Source: Candidatus Hydrogenedentota bacterium
GTDB taxonomy: Bacteria; Hydrogenedentota; Hydrogenedentia; Hydrogenedentales; SLHB01
NCBI GenBank assembly: GCA_963674865.2
Contig: CAXXYE010000004.1
Span: forward strand, 128,001 to 192,000
Direction of reading: 5' to 3'
Length of the DNA stretch: 64,000 bases
Positions 61,768 to 64,000 of this stretch are shown here, piece after piece. Each line of letters opens with the position of its first letter. Position 1 is the first letter of the stretch. The notes under the pieces are model-generated. The model made no database searches, had not been told where the DNA came from, and saw nothing but the letters and a program-made list of their open reading frames with translations. The translations under genes and the position numbers were made by a program.

Positions 61768-63349
61768 TGTCAAGACTCTTTAGAAATGTCACATGTTGGG
61801 ACTCATTAGAAATGTCCTATGCTCGATGGTTGCAGAAGCGAGTTATCCAAGGTCTGTGGTCAGGTGCGTAGCAGCTGTCCCCAGACCGTCATATCCACAT
61901 CCAGCGCGAAGCGCGCGGGCGCATAGCGCTCGTCGAGGATGTGGATATGTGGGTAACTCGCGTGCTCACCTTTCTTTTGCGTTCATGAGAGGTAGGCGTT
62001 GGACGTTGGGCCGCCAGCGCTTGTAGGGCGCGGGGGGAGCGTTCTTCTTCTTGGGCTTGGCGGGGGGCTGGACCTGTTGGACTCGTTGCTGCCCTTCTCG
62101 TTTGTATTGCTTGACCGTGAGCCTGCGGTAGTCAAGGTCCTGGTCTTTGTAGAGCAGCCTGATGCCGCCGTGCAGATGGGTGCGGACCAGAATCCTGTCT
62201 TTGGGCCGGGGCAGAGGACTGTTGTTCTTGAGGATTTGGTAGTAATGATTCCCGAAACGGACGGTCCAGTCGTTTTGGACGACGCGCAGTTCCTCGAAGC
62301 AAAAAATGTCATGCAGCTCAAGGCCTTTGGGTGGAGGACGGTGATAGTCCAGTTCCTCACGGGGCGCAATGGCGAACTTGGCGTTCAGAGCGTCACAAAA
62401 GCTTTCGTAGAGCAGCTTGTCGGCGGTGGCGATGGTGGTGATGCGCCGCAAGGCGAGTTCCTTGACGAACCGGTTCTGGTATGTGCCGTTGGAGCGCTCG
62501 ACGCGGCCTTTGGCTTGAGGCGAAGTCGCGGGGATGATGACGATTCCCAGCTTATAGCAGGCCTCTCCGAATTGAGTCAGCGGCTCGCGCCCCGCCAGTT
62601 GCTCTTCGAGCGTGGGCTCCCGGCCGGTGATGTAGACGTTCTTTCGGTCCGTATACAGCGCCCGAGGAATACCGTATTTCTCGATCCACCGCCACAGAAG
62701 CTGCATGGCGGCCTGCTTCGTTTCTTGCTCGGCCATGAGCGCCAAGGTTTCTCCTGTGGCGTCATCTATCATGTTCATCAGACAAGTTTGGCCTTGGTCC
62801 GGCCCGAACCAGTGGTGGTGACTCCCATCCATCTGCACCAGCTCTCCGAAATGGGCTCGCCGCTCCCTGCGGGAGCGATGCCGGCGCCCGGTGTCTCCCT
62901 TCGCCCAGAGCCCCTGCTCAAGCAGCCAGCGCCGTAACGTCTCGTGGTCGATGCACAGGCCTTCCTCCGCCAGCTTCTCCGCGGCCAGGGTCGGCCCCAA
63001 ATCGTGTTCTCTATAGCGTTCCTGATAGCGCCGAAGGACTTTGTCCCGGAACGCGGCAGGCTTGGCTCGATTAGACGCCCGGCCCCGGTTGCGATGCACC
63101 AACCCCTCATCTCCCTCTGACACGAAGCGTGCGTGTATCCGCAGCGCCTGCCGGTAGCTCACTTCCATGCGCCGCGCCGCTTCCGCCAGGGTCATATGCT
63201 TTCCCACAACAAGCTCCAACAACGACTTACGCATCAATTCCTTGCGACTCATCTTCAAATGCCCTTCCACGGCAGCCCTCCAAGTGAAAGGCTCCAATTG
63301 TGACATTTCTAATGAGTCGAGGGGGTGACACTATCAAAGAGTCGCGACA
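61768..63349 (-). mobile_element. Complete IS element, IS1202/ISNCY type, 1582 bp, with 16-bp target duplication
   Basis: TGT...ACA ends; 25-bp imperfect IRs (TGTCAAGACTCTTTAGAAATGTCAC vs TGTCGCGACTCTTTGATAGTGTCAC, 19/25); flanking DR ACACGTCCTTTGGATC at 61752-61767 and 63350-63365. Confidence 0.95.
61966..63252 (-). CDS. DDE transposase (IS1202/ISNCY, IS481-related)
   Basis: HTH (AARRMEVSYRQALR), GELVQMDGSHHHWF, IDDATG, P.ALYTD, SPQAKGRVER. Confidence 0.95.
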   Translation of the reverse strand: MSRKELMRKSLLELVVGKHMTLAEAARRMEVSYRQALRIHARFVSEGDEGLVHRNRGRASNRAKPAAFRDKVLRRYQERYREHDLGPTLAAEKLAEEGLCIDHETLRRWLLEQGLWAKGDTGRRHRSRRERRAHFGELVQMDGSHHHWFGPDQGQTCLMNMIDDATGETLALMAEQETKQAAMQLLWRWIEKYGIPRALYTDRKNVYITGREPTLEEQLAGREPLTQFGEACYKLGIVIIPATSPQAKGRVERSNGTYQNRFVKELALRRITTIATADKLLYESFCDALNAKFAIAPREELDYHRPPPKGLELHDIFCFEELRVVQNDWTVRFGNHYYQILKNNSPLPRPKDRILVRTHLHGGIRLLYKDQDLDYRRLTVKQYKREGQQRVQQVQPPAKPKKKNAPPAPYKRWRPNVQRLPLMNAKER

Positions 63350-63452
63350 ACACGTCCTTTGGATCTCGCAATGGCGTATCCTGCGTGGTATGCTACGCAG
63401 GTTTTTCGAGGCTGCAACCGGGATTGGGCGGAGAACGCCGAAGGAGTGATGC

Positions 63453-64000
63453 ATGTCGGATCAGATCAAGAGCAGCAATATCACCTGGCACGAGGCGACG
63501 ATCACCAAAGAGGATCGCGAACGCCTTAACGGCCATAAGGCCGTCGTCATTTGGTTTACGGGCCTGTCGGGCTCGGGGAAATCCACCTTGGCGCATGCCG
63601 TCGAAGCGGCCCTGTATGAGAAGGGCTGCCGCACGTATGTACTGGACGGCGATAACGTCCGCCATGGACTCAACAAGAACCTGGGCTTCTCTCCGGAGGA
63701 CCGCCAGGAGAATATACGCCGCATTGGTGAAGTGGCGAATCTGTTCATTCAAGGTGGTGTGATTCCCCTCACGGCGTTTATCTCTCCCTATCGGGCCGAT
63801 CGTGATGCGGCGCGGGAGATCGCCAAAGGCGAATTCATCGAGGTCTTCGTGAAGTGCGATGTGAGCGTTTGCGAGGAGCGCGATACCAAAGGACTCTACA
63901 AGCGCGCCCGGGCGGGCGAGATCCAACAGTTCACCGGCATCTCCGCCCCTTATGAGGAGCCTTTGAAGCCTGAGGTCGTGGTGGATACCGCGCTGGAGAG
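63453..64000 (+). CDS. cysC: Adenylyl-sulfate (APS) kinase, 3' end runs off window
   Basis: Not in ORF track. AAGGAG+[77 protein letters not shown]. Confidence 0.97.
   Translation, partial: MSDQIKSSNITWHEATITKEDRERLNGHKAVVIWFTGLSGSGKSTLAHAVEAALYEKGCRTYVLDGDNVRHGLNKNLGFSPEDRQENIRRIGEVANLFIQGGVIPLTAFISPYRADRDAAREIAKGEFIEVFVKCDVSVCEERDTKGLYKRARAGEIQQFTGISAPYEEPLKPEVVVDTALE

Noticed and set aside
1..64000. Genome-wide TAG reassignment, suggested by the amber-interrupted sulfotransferase
   Set aside because: Many genes end in TAG at their expected C-termini, some directly before terminators (e.g. 26372, 36366), and the neighbouring lesion is TAA

Overview
GC-rich bacterial chromosomal window with about 43 genes. 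The gene content (dockerin/TSP3-bearing secreted proteins, many sulfatases and Gfo/Idh/MocA enzymes) suggests a Ca. Hydrogenedentota-like or similar polymer degrader; this is an inference only. Contents: an ABC transporter fused to a DUF1854-like domain; a GH129/DUF5696-like glycosidase paired with a 1154-aa unknown secreted protein; a CCA-adding enzyme; hsp20-lon; three sensor kinases; an oxidoreductase/isomerase/atypical-sulfatase operon; a lysyl-endopeptidase-like protease with eight 84-bp repeats and a dockerin; a six-gene cluster (uxuB-like SDR, HAD, pdxB-like, LarA-family nickel-pincer epimerase, UroD-like, PPi-PFK); a partly decayed sulfatase/sulfotransferase patch with two in-frame stops; a 2034-aa surface protein; MoxR; a Ser/Thr kinase adjoining a TPR-LysM L,D-transpeptidase; a diguanylate cyclase; and a complete 1582-bp IS1202/ISNCY-type element with a 16-bp target duplication and a nested hairpin element, inserted just upstream of cysC. 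I saw no tRNA, rRNA or CRISPR array. All family assignments come from motif recognition by eye, not from database searches.
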